A DNA stretch of 64,000 nucleotides, taken from an uncultured bacterium. GTDB taxonomy: Bacteria > Patescibacteriota > Saccharimonadia > Saccharimonadales > Saccharimonadaceae. Below the pieces are notes generated by a model that saw only the letters and a program-made list of their open reading frames with translations, was not told the origin of the DNA and did not search any database. Below, piece after piece: positions 38,895 through 48,596 of the stretch; position 1 is the first letter of the stretch; each line of letters begins with the position of its first letter. A program made the position numbers and the translations under genes. The stretch is taken from contig CALHIM010000011.1 in assembly GCA_938030735.1 (NCBI GenBank), positions 173,480 to 237,479 on the forward strand, read 5' to 3'.

Positions 38895-39030
38895 CGTTGA
38901 TCCGTTTCACCTTATTCTAGAAGGTTGGGACTCGCGGATTAGCCTTCTACTAAAATTATTTTTTAAAAATTAGAGTCCGTACCTTTTTATTATTCATAGT
39001 ATACCGCCTAATGTTGGCGGTTTTTAATTT
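38895..39030 (+). ncRNA. candidate structured small RNA or cis-leader (unknown family)
   Basis: TTGACA (38860-38865), 17-nt spacer, TATTAT (38883-38888) with TG extension. There is no ATG-initiated ORF. A 9-bp hairpin spans 38918-38949, and both halves of its loop can pair with flanking segments. Terminator ACCGCC/GGCGGT plus T5 at 39003-39026. Confidence 0.35.
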
Positions 39031-39072
39031 TAAAACTTTAAAATTAAGCATAAATATGATAAAATATAACGT

Positions 39073-41436
39073 ATGAATAGTGGGCAAAATCTTGAAAATA
39101 TTAAAAAGTTTATTCGTGCGGCGAATTATTTAACGGTTTCGCAAATTTTTTTGCAAGATAATTTTTTGTTAAATCGTTCTCTGGAATTTAATGATATCAA
39201 ACCCCGACTTCTTGGGCATTGGGGGAGTTGCCCGGGTGTAAATCATGTTTATGCACATCTTTTAAATATTCAAAAACAGCTAGAATTTGCAAAAAGTGGG
39301 CTCAAAGCTGCTTTTATGCTTGGCCCTGGACATGCTTTTCCAGCGCTTCAAGCGAATCTTTTTCTTGAAGAAACTCTTTCAAAGATCGATAAAAATGCAG
39401 TTCGAAGTTCGCAAGGTATTGCTTATATTTCGAAAAACTTTTCTTGGCCGGGCGGTTTTCCGTCGCACGCAAGCCCTTTCACCCCAGGCGTAATTCTTGA
39501 AGGCGGTGAGCTTGGTTATTCGCTCTCGACTGCTTTTGGGGCAGTTTTAGACAATCCAAATCTTGTAATGACTACTTTAATTGGTGATGGCGAGGCTGAG
39601 ACTGGCCCAATTGCTGCAGCTTGGCATTTAAATAAATTAATAAATCCAGTTGAAAATGGAGTAGTTTTGCCTATTTTGCATTTGAATGGTTATAAAATTT
39701 CTGGTCCGACAATTTTTGGATCGATGAGTGATTTTGAGTTGATTCAATTTTTTCATGGAGCGGGCTGGGAGCCAAGAATTGTTGATGAATATTCTGCTGA
39801 AGATTTCGATTTCGAACTTTCAAAAGTTTTTTCGAACGCTTTTCGAGATATTTCACGAATAAAATTTGGTCGGAATAACGGTTTTGTTCGGCTACCGATG
39901 ATTATTATGCGAAGTAAAAAGGGAAGCTCTGGTGTTGTTGAAAATAATGGTGAAAAAATTGAAGGAAATTCGCTCGCTCATCAAGTTCCGCTTTTAAATG
40001 CCAAGAGCGATGAAAAAGAGCTCAAAAAACTTAAAGATTGGTTAGAATCTTATAAATTTGAAGAGCTTTTTGATTTTGAAAAAGGTGAATTTAAACCTTG
40101 GCTTGATGATTTTTTACCAGAAAAATCAAGTAGGATTGGGCGGAATCGTTTTGTGGACGCGAATTTGAATTTTACAGAATTGAAATTGCCAGAAATTCAT
40201 GAAAGAGTGGGTGAAAAATCACTCGCAATGAATGCAATTGGTGATTTTTTGAAAGAAATTTTCGAAAAAAATCCAGAGAACTTCCGCTTTTTTAGCCCTG
40301 ATGAAACTTATTCAAATAAATTAGATGCTATTTTTAAGGCAACTTCACGTTCTTGGCAGCGAGAAATTAAACCGTGGGAAAAAAAAGATTTATCGAAAAA
40401 TGGCCGCGTGACGGAAATCTTGAGTGAGCATTCTTTACAGGGGCTTTTGCAGGGCTATATTTTAACGGGGCGACATGGAGTTTTAACTTCTTATGAAGCC
40501 TTTGCACCGATTATTTCTTCGATGATGGATCAATATGCAAAATTTCTAGCGCAATCACAAGAAGTGGAGTGGCGAGGTGATCTAGCAAGTTTAAACTATA
40601 TTTTAACTTCAACTGGTTGGCGGCAAGACCACAATGGATTTTCGCACCAAAATCCGAGTTTTATTGATGAAGTTTTACGCCGCGAAAACGGAATTGGGCA
40701 GATTTTTTTGCCAGCAGATGATAATTCGGCAGTTGTGGCGATTTCGAAAATGCTAAAATACCGAAACAATATTAACGTTTTGGTTGCGGGAAAAACGCCT
40801 GAACCAAGATATTTTTCTCTTGAAATTGCACAAAAACAGCTTGAAAATGGCGGAATATTTGTTTTTGATTCTTGGAAAAATCAAGAAATTGCAGATTGGA
40901 ATTTAATCCCAGAAGATGATGAGCCAGATTTAATTTTGGCGGCAAGTGGTGATTATGTTTTTAAAGAAACGGTTGCGGCGCTTCGAGTTTTGCTTCATGA
41001 TGTACCGCAAGTTAAAATTCGCTTGGTTTATGCTCAAGCACTTTGCGGAAAGGGAATTGGAACTTTTGAAAATACACTTTCGAAAAGCAATTTCGTGAAG
41101 ATTTTTACCAAAGATAAGCCAGTTGTATTTGCTTTTCATGGATACGCTAAAACTCTGAAATCAATTTTATTTGATTATGAAAATCCGTCGAGAATTAAAA
41201 TTAACGGATATGAAGAAAAAGGTTCAACAACTACGCCCTTTGATATGTTGGCGAGAAATCGAGTTTCGCGATATGATATTGCAATGAGGGCCCTAAATTC
41301 GGTTGATAAAGGTGACGAAGATTTTGAAAAACTTGCAAGAGAATATCAAAAACGCCAAGATGATGCTTTGCGTTTTGCACTAGAAAACTCAGTGGATGCG
41401 CCAGAGATTGAGAATTGGGTATATTTGAAGTTTTAA
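39073..41436 (+). CDS. xfp: xylulose-5-phosphate/fructose-6-phosphate phosphoketolase
   Basis: 787 aa. LLGHWGSCPG and the ThDP motif IGDGEAETGP are present, with an end-to-end phosphoketolase layout. Confidence 0.9.
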   Translation: MNSGQNLENIKKFIRAANYLTVSQIFLQDNFLLNRSLEFNDIKPRLLGHWGSCPGVNHVYAHLLNIQKQLEFAKSGLKAAFMLGPGHAFPALQANLFLEETLSKIDKNAVRSSQGIAYISKNFSWPGGFPSHASPFTPGVILEGGELGYSLSTAFGAVLDNPNLVMTTLIGDGEAETGPIAAAWHLNKLINPVENGVVLPILHLNGYKISGPTIFGSMSDFELIQFFHGAGWEPRIVDEYSAEDFDFELSKVFSNAFRDISRIKFGRNNGFVRLPMIIMRSKKGSSGVVENNGEKIEGNSLAHQVPLLNAKSDEKELKKLKDWLESYKFEELFDFEKGEFKPWLDDFLPEKSSRIGRNRFVDANLNFTELKLPEIHERVGEKSLAMNAIGDFLKEIFEKNPENFRFFSPDETYSNKLDAIFKATSRSWQREIKPWEKKDLSKNGRVTEILSEHSLQGLLQGYILTGRHGVLTSYEAFAPIISSMMDQYAKFLAQSQEVEWRGDLASLNYILTSTGWRQDHNGFSHQNPSFIDEVLRRENGIGQIFLPADDNSAVVAISKMLKYRNNINVLVAGKTPEPRYFSLEIAQKQLENGGIFVFDSWKNQEIADWNLIPEDDEPDLILAASGDYVFKETVAALRVLLHDVPQVKIRLVYAQALCGKGIGTFENTLSKSNFVKIFTKDKPVVFAFHGYAKTLKSILFDYENPSRIKINGYEEKGSTTTPFDMLARNRVSRYDIAMRALNSVDKGDEDFEKLAREYQKRQDDALRFALENSVDAPEIENWVYLKF

Positions 41437-41443
41437 TTAAAGT

Positions 41444-41477
41444 AAAAAAATCACACCTCTAATTGGTGTGATTTTTA
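41444..41477. terminator. bidirectional intrinsic terminator
   Basis: Stem AATCACACC (41449-41457) pairs with GGTGTGATT (41465-41473), flanked by an A-run and a T-run. It lies between convergent xfp and the 211-aa gene. Confidence 0.8.
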
Positions 41478-42094
41478 TTGTACATTATTTCTGTCCAGAT
41501 AAAATCTTGACCTAGCAAATTTACATTTTTATCAACAAAAACTCCATCTTCATTAACTAAATTCCCTATAAAATTTGAAGCATCATTTACTAATTTGTAT
41601 TTTTTGCCCTTATTTTTTGGGAATTCAATTAAACATATTTTTGAAATTTCTTTAGCAATTTCCTCTCTGTAAAGAGAGAAATTCTTGCAGTCAAAAGCTG
41701 TTAGTATATAGCCAAGAGTTGAGGGCGCGAATTTTTTACTAGAAAGAAAATTTGTGCTTATATCAACACCCTCAATTGTTTTAACTATTGTTTCTGGGTT
41801 TGAATTTTTTATATCTCTAAAAATTTGATAAAAATTTTTATGCTTTGAAAGTCCTTGCAGATCATCCATATCAATCCAATGCGAAAAATTGTTGAGGTTT
41901 TTCGAAAGAAGTTTAGCTATTTTTTCAGAATTTTCGCTACATATTTCTATTTTCGAAAGTTCACTGTTTAATTTTGGCAAAATTTCCCATTTATAATCTT
42001 CGTCGTATTTTTTTATATCTCCAGAATTTCTACGAGAATAATAATCTTCTTTATTTTGTTCGAAAAATTTTTTCAATGCAACTTTATTTATCAT
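41459..42094 (-). CDS. hypothetical 211-aa protein, operon partner of the DUF262/DUF1524 gene
   Basis: The ATG lies 9 nt after the upstream stop, with GAGGA in the gap. AT-rich. I recognise no catalytic motif. Confidence 0.55.
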   Translation of the reverse strand: MINKVALKKFFEQNKEDYYSRRNSGDIKKYDEDYKWEILPKLNSELSKIEICSENSEKIAKLLSKNLNNFSHWIDMDDLQGLSKHKNFYQIFRDIKNSNPETIVKTIEGVDISTNFLSSKKFAPSTLGYILTAFDCKNFSLYREEIAKEISKICLIEFPKNKGKKYKLVNDASNFIGNLVNEDGVFVDKNVNLLGQDFIWTEIMYNKNHTN

Positions 42095-42103
42095 ATAGTC
42101 CTC

Positions 42104-43840
42104 TTATTTTAACAGATTCTCACTTTTAAGTTTTGCAATAAAATTATCAATAATCCGTGATTTTCTTTCAATAATTTCATTTTCATCAAATTTGTCAAGA
42201 TTTGTAAGCTCAATAATTTCTGTAATTTTACTTGGTTCTTTTGAGCTTCCTCGCCGTTTTTTACCGAGGTAAAAGTCTTTTTTGACATCAAATTCAAAAT
42301 CTGAAGCTTTAATATTTATTGAGCTTTCCAGAATAATCTTATTTCCAATAGATTCGATTAGATTTTTGTCGGAAATTCCGTTAATTTCGGCACGTTTTTT
42401 CGCAAAAATATGTTCGATTTGAAGTGGTTCTTTCAGGCTCAAGAGTTGCTGATTTTCATTCGAAAAAGCAAACCAAACGAGAAATGATTTTGTAATTCCT
42501 TTCATGTTACTAAATTCGAAGTTATCGAAAGCCGTGCGGAGAGAACTTTCATCAAAAAGATGATTCTCGAAAGATGGAACGAGGCTATTGCGGTTAACTA
42601 TTTCGCTCATTTCTTTAAAGATTGGAGTTCGGAGTTGGTTTACGCCAGGATTTATTAAGCTATAGCCTAAAATAAAGTTTGTTATTTTTGAAAGAAAATG
42701 ACTGAACGCATCTAAATCGATCTCATCGTCTGAATCTCGATTCTGTAAAAACCAAACCGACACAATATTTTCCCACATTGTATTTGGGGAATAGCGCAAA
42801 ACAAAAAGTTTTCGAATCACTTCATTGCTAAAAGATTCATCTTGAGAATAAACTTTTTGCCAGAAAATTGCCAAGTCACTTAAATCATCAAGAGCTGATT
42901 CATCTTTAAAATAAGGAAAATCTTGATTCTCGCCACGGAAGAAACTGCGTAGAGACTCGGTTGTGCTTCTAGTTATGCCATTTTTTGCCCGTAAGAAATA
43001 CATATATTTTGTGAAAAGTTCATCCATTGGCGTGCCTTGTTGTGGCTTGAAAATTTCTTCGGTAATTTCTTCAAGCTTCTTCCATTCTTTAATAAAATCA
43101 TTCTTTTGATTTTTGTCAAAATAAAGTTTGTAGAATTTCGATTTAAAGATATCTGCATCAGCCAAGGGTAGTCCGCGGTCGTTTAGCGTGGAGAAGATTT
43201 GTAAGGCATTATCTTGGTTGACAGCTTCAATAGATAATATCATGCAATATTCTAAAATTCGTGCCGGAACGTAAAATATTGAAGAAAAATACTTTTCGCT
43301 AGCATCTTTAATTTTTTCAAGAAAGAAACGGAAATTTTGTGCGTATTGGCTGCGAAATTCTTTTGGAACTTTACCGGATTTTAATATTTCCAAAAATTCT
43401 TCTTTATCGTTATCTGTTGCAACTTCAGAAATTAATTTAAGATTGTTTTTATCTACACGTCCAAATTCATCTGTTTTCCACAAACATGATTCTATCTTTT
43501 TTCTAATTAATTGAGACTCATCATCTTTTAAAAATTCGAATCTATCATAAAACGCTCGAAGTAAAAGCATTAAGGTTGTTAGGCGCTGCTGGCCATCAAT
43601 AATCTCGAACTTGCCATTCTCTGGGAAATAAACTATCGATCCAAGAAAATATTCGTCATTTTCATCAAAAGCTGTGTAGTTTTCATTTGGAATTGTAAAA
43701 GAGAAAAGATCGTCCCATAAAGTTTGACATTGATCTTCAGTCCAAGCGTAAGGACGCTGGTATTCTGGTATTAAGAAATCGTGTTTTCTATTAGACAAGA
43801 GCTGATGAATATTTTGTTGAGTCATTTTTGGCTGAGCCAT
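42104..43840 (-). CDS. GmrSD-type DUF262/DUF1524 nuclease (type IV restriction-like)
   Basis: ORF 42104..43924 trimmed to ATG 43840 (MAQPKM) after AAGGA. DUF262 motifs FLIPEYQRPYAW and IIDGQQRLTT. C-terminal His-Me/HNH-like IEHIFAKK...IGNKIILESSIN. Confidence 0.75.
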   Translation of the reverse strand: MAQPKMTQQNIHQLLSNRKHDFLIPEYQRPYAWTEDQCQTLWDDLFSFTIPNENYTAFDENDEYFLGSIVYFPENGKFEIIDGQQRLTTLMLLLRAFYDRFEFLKDDESQLIRKKIESCLWKTDEFGRVDKNNLKLISEVATDNDKEEFLEILKSGKVPKEFRSQYAQNFRFFLEKIKDASEKYFSSIFYVPARILEYCMILSIEAVNQDNALQIFSTLNDRGLPLADADIFKSKFYKLYFDKNQKNDFIKEWKKLEEITEEIFKPQQGTPMDELFTKYMYFLRAKNGITRSTTESLRSFFRGENQDFPYFKDESALDDLSDLAIFWQKVYSQDESFSNEVIRKLFVLRYSPNTMWENIVSVWFLQNRDSDDEIDLDAFSHFLSKITNFILGYSLINPGVNQLRTPIFKEMSEIVNRNSLVPSFENHLFDESSLRTAFDNFEFSNMKGITKSFLVWFAFSNENQQLLSLKEPLQIEHIFAKKRAEINGISDKNLIESIGNKIILESSINIKASDFEFDVKKDFYLGKKRRGSSKEPSKITEIIELTNLDKFDENEIIERKSRIIDNFIAKLKSENLLK

Positions 43841-43917
43841 AATATCCTTTCGGTTATGTTTATATTTTAATTTTATCACGACAGAGCAAAAAAACAATAG
43901 TTGTAAATAATACATCA

Positions 43918-43955
43918 TTAGCACTCTTGACTTGTGAGTGCTAAAAGCGTATAAT
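43918..43955 (+). promoter_or_regulatory. perfect CIRCE operator fused to the dnaK promoter
   Basis: TTAGCACTC-TTGACTTGT-GAGTGCTAA (43918-43944). The -35 TTGACT (43927-43932) lies in the CIRCE spacer, then a 17-nt spacer, then TATAAT (43950-43955). Confidence 0.9.
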
Positions 43956-44109
43956 CAAAATATAAGCGTGAAACGAATTGCGAGGCGCGCTTTATAGAAT
44001 AGTTAATAACTTTCGAGAAGCTTTCTGAAAAATCCGAATAGGCTAAGAAATTCGAAATTGACTAAGAAAGCTATCGAACAGATAAATTTAATAAAGAAAG
44101 AAGGAGAAA

Positions 44110-46008
44110 ATGGGAAAAATTATTGGAATTGACCTTGGTACAACTAACAGTGCTTTTGCGTATATGGTTGCAGGAAAACCTGAGGTTATCACAAATGCAG
44201 AAGGAAATCGAACTACTCCATCAGTTGTAGCAATCAATAAAAAAGGTGATCGCTTGGTTGGGCAGGTAGCGCAACGTCAACGCGTAACAAATCCAAAAAA
44301 TACAATTTACGGAGTAAAGCGTTTGATTGGCCGAAAATATTCTGATGATGAGATTCAAAAAGATCTTGGAATCATGCCTTACGAGATTGTGAAAAAGGGT
44401 AGCGGTGTTGCTGTAAAAATGGGTGACAAAGAATATACACCAGAAGAAGTTTCAGCGATGATTCTTTCGAAAATTAAAGTTGATGCTGAGGCTTTCTTGG
44501 GCGAAAAAGTTACCGAAGCTGTGATTACAGTTCCAGCTTACTTTGATGATAGCCAGCGCCAAGCAACTAAAGATGCTGGTAAAATTGCTGGTCTTGAAGT
44601 AAAACGAATTATTAACGAGCCAACTGCAGCCGCACTTGCTTATGGCTTGGATGGTAAAAAAGATGAAAAAATTGCTGTTTTCGACCTTGGTGGTGGAACA
44701 TTCGACGTTTCGATTCTTGATATTGCGGACGGCGTTTTCGAAGTTCTTTCAACAAACGGTGATACACACCTTGGTGGTGAAGACTTCGATAACCGAATTG
44801 TGAACCATTTCTTGGATGAATTTAAGAAAGAAGAGGGAATTGATCTTAAAAATGACTCTGCTGCAATGCAACGCTTGAAGGATGAAGCTGAAAAAGCCAA
44901 AAAAGAGCTTTCTTCAACAACATCTTACGAAGTAAACTTACCGTTCTTAACAGCTGATGAAGATGGTCCAAAACACTTTGAATACACTCTAACTCGAGCA
45001 AAACTTGAAGAATTAGTTGCTGATTTGATTGATCGACTAGCCGACCCTGTTGAAAAAGCTCTAAAAGATGCAGATCTAAAAGCTAGCGATATCTCTGAAG
45101 TTGTGATGGTTGGTGGTATGACCCGAATGCCAGCTGTGGTTGAAAAAGTTGAAAAAATCTTTAGCAAAAAACCAACTCAAGGTGTTAACCCAGATGAAGT
45201 TGTGGCCGTTGGTGCTGCAATTCAGGGTGGCGTTTTGGCCGGAGATGTTAAAGATGTGCTACTTCTTGATGTTACACCTTTGACACTTGGAATTGAAACT
45301 GCTGGTGGCGTTCGAACTCCGATGATTGATCGAAACACAACTGTACCAACTTCGAAATCACAAGTTTTCTCAACTTATGCTGATAATCAGCCGCAAGTAG
45401 AAATCCACGTGCTTCAAGGTGAGCGCGAAATGGCTGCCGACAATAAATCTCTTGGAATGTTTGTACTTTCAGGAATTGCACCAGCGCCACGAGGAGTTCC
45501 ACAAATTGAAGTTACTTTCAATATTGATGCGAACGGAATTTTGACAGTTACTGCTAAAGATAAGGGAACTGGTAAAGAGAATAATATCACAATTCAAAAC
45601 TCAGGAAATATGAGTAAAGAAGATATTGAAAAAGCTCAAAAGGAAGCTGAACTTCACGCTGATGAAGATAAAAAGAAGCGCGAATTAATCGATGCTAAAA
45701 ATCAGCTAGAGAATGCTATTTATCAAGCAGAAAAAATGCCAAGCGAATTCAAAGATAAGATTTCGAAAGAAGATGAAGAAGCAATTTCGAAAGCTGTTGA
45801 AGAGGCTAAAAAACATCAAAATGCCGATAGTAAAGATGAGCTTGAGAAAGCTGCTAAAGATCTTCAAGATGCAATTATGCCAATTGGCGCAAAATTGTAT
45901 CAAGCTCAAAGCGCAGATAATGCGGGTGAAGCTGGTGAAAAAGCTAAAACTTCTCACAAAAAAGATAATGACGAGCCGGTTGAAGGCGAAGTTATTGACA
46001 AGAAATAA
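44110..46008 (+). CDS. dnaK: molecular chaperone DnaK
   Basis: [18 protein letters not shown] and [14 protein letters not shown] are present. GAAGGAGA SD. Confidence 0.97.
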   Translation: MGKIIGIDLGTTNSAFAYMVAGKPEVITNAEGNRTTPSVVAINKKGDRLVGQVAQRQRVTNPKNTIYGVKRLIGRKYSDDEIQKDLGIMPYEIVKKGSGVAVKMGDKEYTPEEVSAMILSKIKVDAEAFLGEKVTEAVITVPAYFDDSQRQATKDAGKIAGLEVKRIINEPTAAALAYGLDGKKDEKIAVFDLGGGTFDVSILDIADGVFEVLSTNGDTHLGGEDFDNRIVNHFLDEFKKEEGIDLKNDSAAMQRLKDEAEKAKKELSSTTSYEVNLPFLTADEDGPKHFEYTLTRAKLEELVADLIDRLADPVEKALKDADLKASDISEVVMVGGMTRMPAVVEKVEKIFSKKPTQGVNPDEVVAVGAAIQGGVLAGDVKDVLLLDVTPLTLGIETAGGVRTPMIDRNTTVPTSKSQVFSTYADNQPQVEIHVLQGEREMAADNKSLGMFVLSGIAPAPRGVPQIEVTFNIDANGILTVTAKDKGTGKENNITIQNSGNMSKEDIEKAQKEAELHADEDKKKRELIDAKNQLENAIYQAEKMPSEFKDKISKEDEEAISKAVEEAKKHQNADSKDELEKAAKDLQDAIMPIGAKLYQAQSADNAGEAGEKAKTSHKKDNDEPVEGEVIDKK

Positions 46009-46143
46009 TTCGAAAATCCACCTTTCGAAAGGTAAAAATGCTCAGTTTGAACTGGGCATTTTTGCGTATTGATTTTTTTAATTTTATCTAGTATAATTAA
46101 TTTGTGCTCACCCGATGCTCGCACTTTTAGAAAGAGGTATTCT

Positions 46144-46497
46144 ATGGTTAAAAAGATGTTTATTGCTGGGGTGGTTATTTTATCACTTTTTGGTTTCTCT
46201 TCTGTTGCCAAAGCTGATACTCGTGATGTTACTTTTCACCTAGATAATAGCTTGGCTGGTAGTACATTCTTTCACCAGAATGTTATAGTTTCGAATCTTT
46301 TTGATGCAGTTCCTTCTTATAATGGCCCACAGCAATGGAGGGATTTTTCAACAAGAAGATTAAGGGTTAATAGGGGAACTACGGTTCAGGTTTCAGGAGT
46401 TTTTTACTATAGAACGATATTTGGTAAAGTAAATATGGGCAGATTTACTCGAAATGTTTATGTTCCGCACGATGCGGTTGCGGTTACTGTTAAATAG
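46144..46497 (+). CDS. small secreted hypothetical protein
   Basis: ORF 46069..46497 trimmed to ATG 46144 after AGAGG. Signal peptide MVKKMFIAGVVILSLFGFSSVAKA. Confidence 0.5.
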   Translation: MVKKMFIAGVVILSLFGFSSVAKADTRDVTFHLDNSLAGSTFFHQNVIVSNLFDAVPSYNGPQQWRDFSTRRLRVNRGTTVQVSGVFYYRTIFGKVNMGRFTRNVYVPHDAVAVTVK

Positions 46498-46535
46498 CTT
46501 TTATAAGGTTGAGCTATTTAATTGAGGATATTTAT

Positions 46536-46703
46536 ATGAAGTTTATTGATAAAAATGACAAAAAACTTATTACTATTATTTTAACAGTAATCATCTTTGG
46601 ATGGTTAGCTTATTTAACTTTTGAAATTAATCGGATTGACAATAATTTAAACGGCTATATTGAGAGTGTAATTAAAGAAAATTCTAAGAAAAAATCGGAA
46701 TAA
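46536..46703 (+). CDS. small single-TM hypothetical protein (55 aa)
   Basis: ORF 46509..46703 trimmed to ATG 46536 after GAGGA. One TM helix. Confidence 0.4.
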   Translation: MKFIDKNDKKLITIILTVIIFGWLAYLTFEINRIDNNLNGYIESVIKENSKKKSE

Positions 46704-46824
46704 TTTTTGATGAAAAGCTGGTTTGGTGATATAATATAGGATATGGAAAATTTTAATCCAAATAATCAAAATGAAAACAAAGAAACTGGCTATAAGCTCG
46801 GCTAAAAAATATAGAAAATAATAA

Positions 46825-46862
46825 TTAGCACTCTTGCTCTTTAAGTGCTAATTTGCTATAAT
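46825..46862 (+). promoter_or_regulatory. CIRCE operator fused to the dnaJ promoter
   Basis: TTAGCACTC-TTGCTCTTT-AAGTGCTAA (46825-46851). -35 TTGCTC in the spacer, 17-nt spacer, TGcTATAAT (-10 at 46857-46862). ATG lies 7 nt downstream. Confidence 0.85.
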
Positions 46863-46869
46863 ATATTAT

Positions 46870-47970
46870 ATGAGCAAAACAGATTATTATGATATTTTAG
46901 GTGTAAAAAAAGACGCCAGCGCTGATGAAATTAAAAAGGCTTTTCGAAAAAAAGCAGTCGAGCTTCATCCAGATAAAGGAGGGGATGAAAAGGCTTTTAA
47001 AGAGGTGAATGAAGCCTATGAGGTTTTAAAAGATAAAGAAAAGCGCCAGCGATACGACCAGTTTGGCCATGCGGGAGTTGGCGGAAACTCTGGTGGATTT
47101 TCTGGCGGAAATCCTTTTGAAGGTTTTAGTGGATTTTCGGGCCAGAATGTTAATTTTGATTTTGGCGGTGGATTCGGTGATATTTTTGAAGGAATTTTTG
47201 GCGGCGGATTTTCGAATGGCCGCGGTTCAAAAAATAAAAAAGGCCGCGATGTTGAAGTAAATCTAACTTTGAATTTTAAAGAGGCGGTTTTTGGGACTGA
47301 AACTGAGATTTCATTAAATCTAGACGATGAGTGCGAGTATTGTGATGGCTCTGGTGCAGAGCCTGGTTACGGAATGCAAAAATGTCCAGATTGTAATGGA
47401 AGTGGTCAGCAAACTCGCGCCACTCAAACTCTTTTTGGCCCAATTCAACAAACTGTAACTTGCCCGACTTGTGATGGTCGCGGTGAGATTCCAAAGCAAA
47501 ATTGTTCAGTTTGCCGTGGTGCTGGAATCTTGCGTAAAAAGCAAACAGTAAAACTTAAAATTCCAGCAGGAATTGATGATGGCGCAACAATTCGGCTTTC
47601 TGGCCGTGGTGAAGCAATTAAAGGTGGTGAAAAAGGTGATTTATATGTAAACATCTATGTTAAAGCTGATAAAAAATTTACGCGTGAAGGTGATTTAATT
47701 TTGAGCGAAGAGAGAATTTCAATGATCGATGCTGCGCTTGGTGCTGAAATTGAAGTTGAAACAATTGACGGAAAGCTGACGATGAAGATTCCAGCTGGAA
47801 CACAAAGCCATACTGATTTTAAGCTTTCAGGTCACGGCGTGCCTCACCTTCGAACTGAAAGAAGAGGTGCTCAAATTGTGACAATTATTGTCGAAACTCC
47901 TACAAAGCTTTCGAAAAAACAAAAAGAGCTTTTGATAGAATTTAAGAAATCTAAAAAATCATTATTTTAA
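46870..47970 (+). CDS. dnaJ: molecular chaperone DnaJ
   Basis: J domain with HPD, a G/F-rich linker, four CxxCxGxG repeats and a C-terminal substrate-binding domain. Confidence 0.95.
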   Translation: MSKTDYYDILGVKKDASADEIKKAFRKKAVELHPDKGGDEKAFKEVNEAYEVLKDKEKRQRYDQFGHAGVGGNSGGFSGGNPFEGFSGFSGQNVNFDFGGGFGDIFEGIFGGGFSNGRGSKNKKGRDVEVNLTLNFKEAVFGTETEISLNLDDECEYCDGSGAEPGYGMQKCPDCNGSGQQTRATQTLFGPIQQTVTCPTCDGRGEIPKQNCSVCRGAGILRKKQTVKLKIPAGIDDGATIRLSGRGEAIKGGEKGDLYVNIYVKADKKFTREGDLILSEERISMIDAALGAEIEVETIDGKLTMKIPAGTQSHTDFKLSGHGVPHLRTERRGAQIVTIIVETPTKLSKKQKELLIEFKKSKKSLF

Positions 47971-48086
47971 ATAGTTGGCCGAGTTATTTAATAGCTCGGC
48001 TATTTTATGAGACAATATGTTAGCGCAGTTGTTCTATTTTTATAAAATAGTTTGAGCATCCTTAGAGCTTATGCTATAATATTGCT

Positions 48087-48551
48087 ATGACAACAATTAT
48101 TTTTATTGTAATTCTTTCGATTTTTTTAACACTCTCTCGGCGTAAAACGGGCTATTTCAATCTTATTATTCTCGCGGGAATTGTTTTGAATAGATATTGG
48201 AATAAAGATATTACTAATTTTTTGACAACTTCAAATTTGGTAATTCCAGAATCAACTTTGAGTGGAATTGTTGGCTTATTTCTAATTTTAGCACCAGCTT
48301 TGGTAATTTTAGCAAAAAATCCAAAACAAGAAAAATGGCTTTTTGGTATATTTTCTTCGATATTTTCAGCGATTTTTACATATTTAGTGTCACTTTCGTA
48401 TTTCGAAAAAGTTTTTTTACCAGATTTACTTTCGAAAAGTATTTCGCAGCCGCTTGAAAAATGGGCTAGTTGGATTATTTTGGTGGGAGTTATTTTTTCT
48501 ATTCTAAGTATAACCTCATTTAAATTTAAGAAAATTGAGAAAAACCCTTGA
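48087..48551 (+). CDS. hypothetical membrane protein (about 4 TM)
   Basis: 154-aa hydrophobic ORF. TGcTATAAT ends 6 nt before the ATG. Confidence 0.5.
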   Translation: MTTIIFIVILSIFLTLSRRKTGYFNLIILAGIVLNRYWNKDITNFLTTSNLVIPESTLSGIVGLFLILAPALVILAKNPKQEKWLFGIFSSIFSAIFTYLVSLSYFEKVFLPDLLSKSISQPLEKWASWIILVGVIFSILSITSFKFKKIEKNP

Positions 48552-48596
48552 CTTTTAAAAATAATTGATATATACTTTAATATGTATTCAGCGAGT

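Noticed and set aside
45713-46072. 119-aa Lys-rich alternative-frame ORF at the end of dnaK, and the minus-strand ORFs inside dnaK
   Set aside because: They are frame artefacts of the Lys/Glu-rich dnaK C-terminus and have no independent signals.
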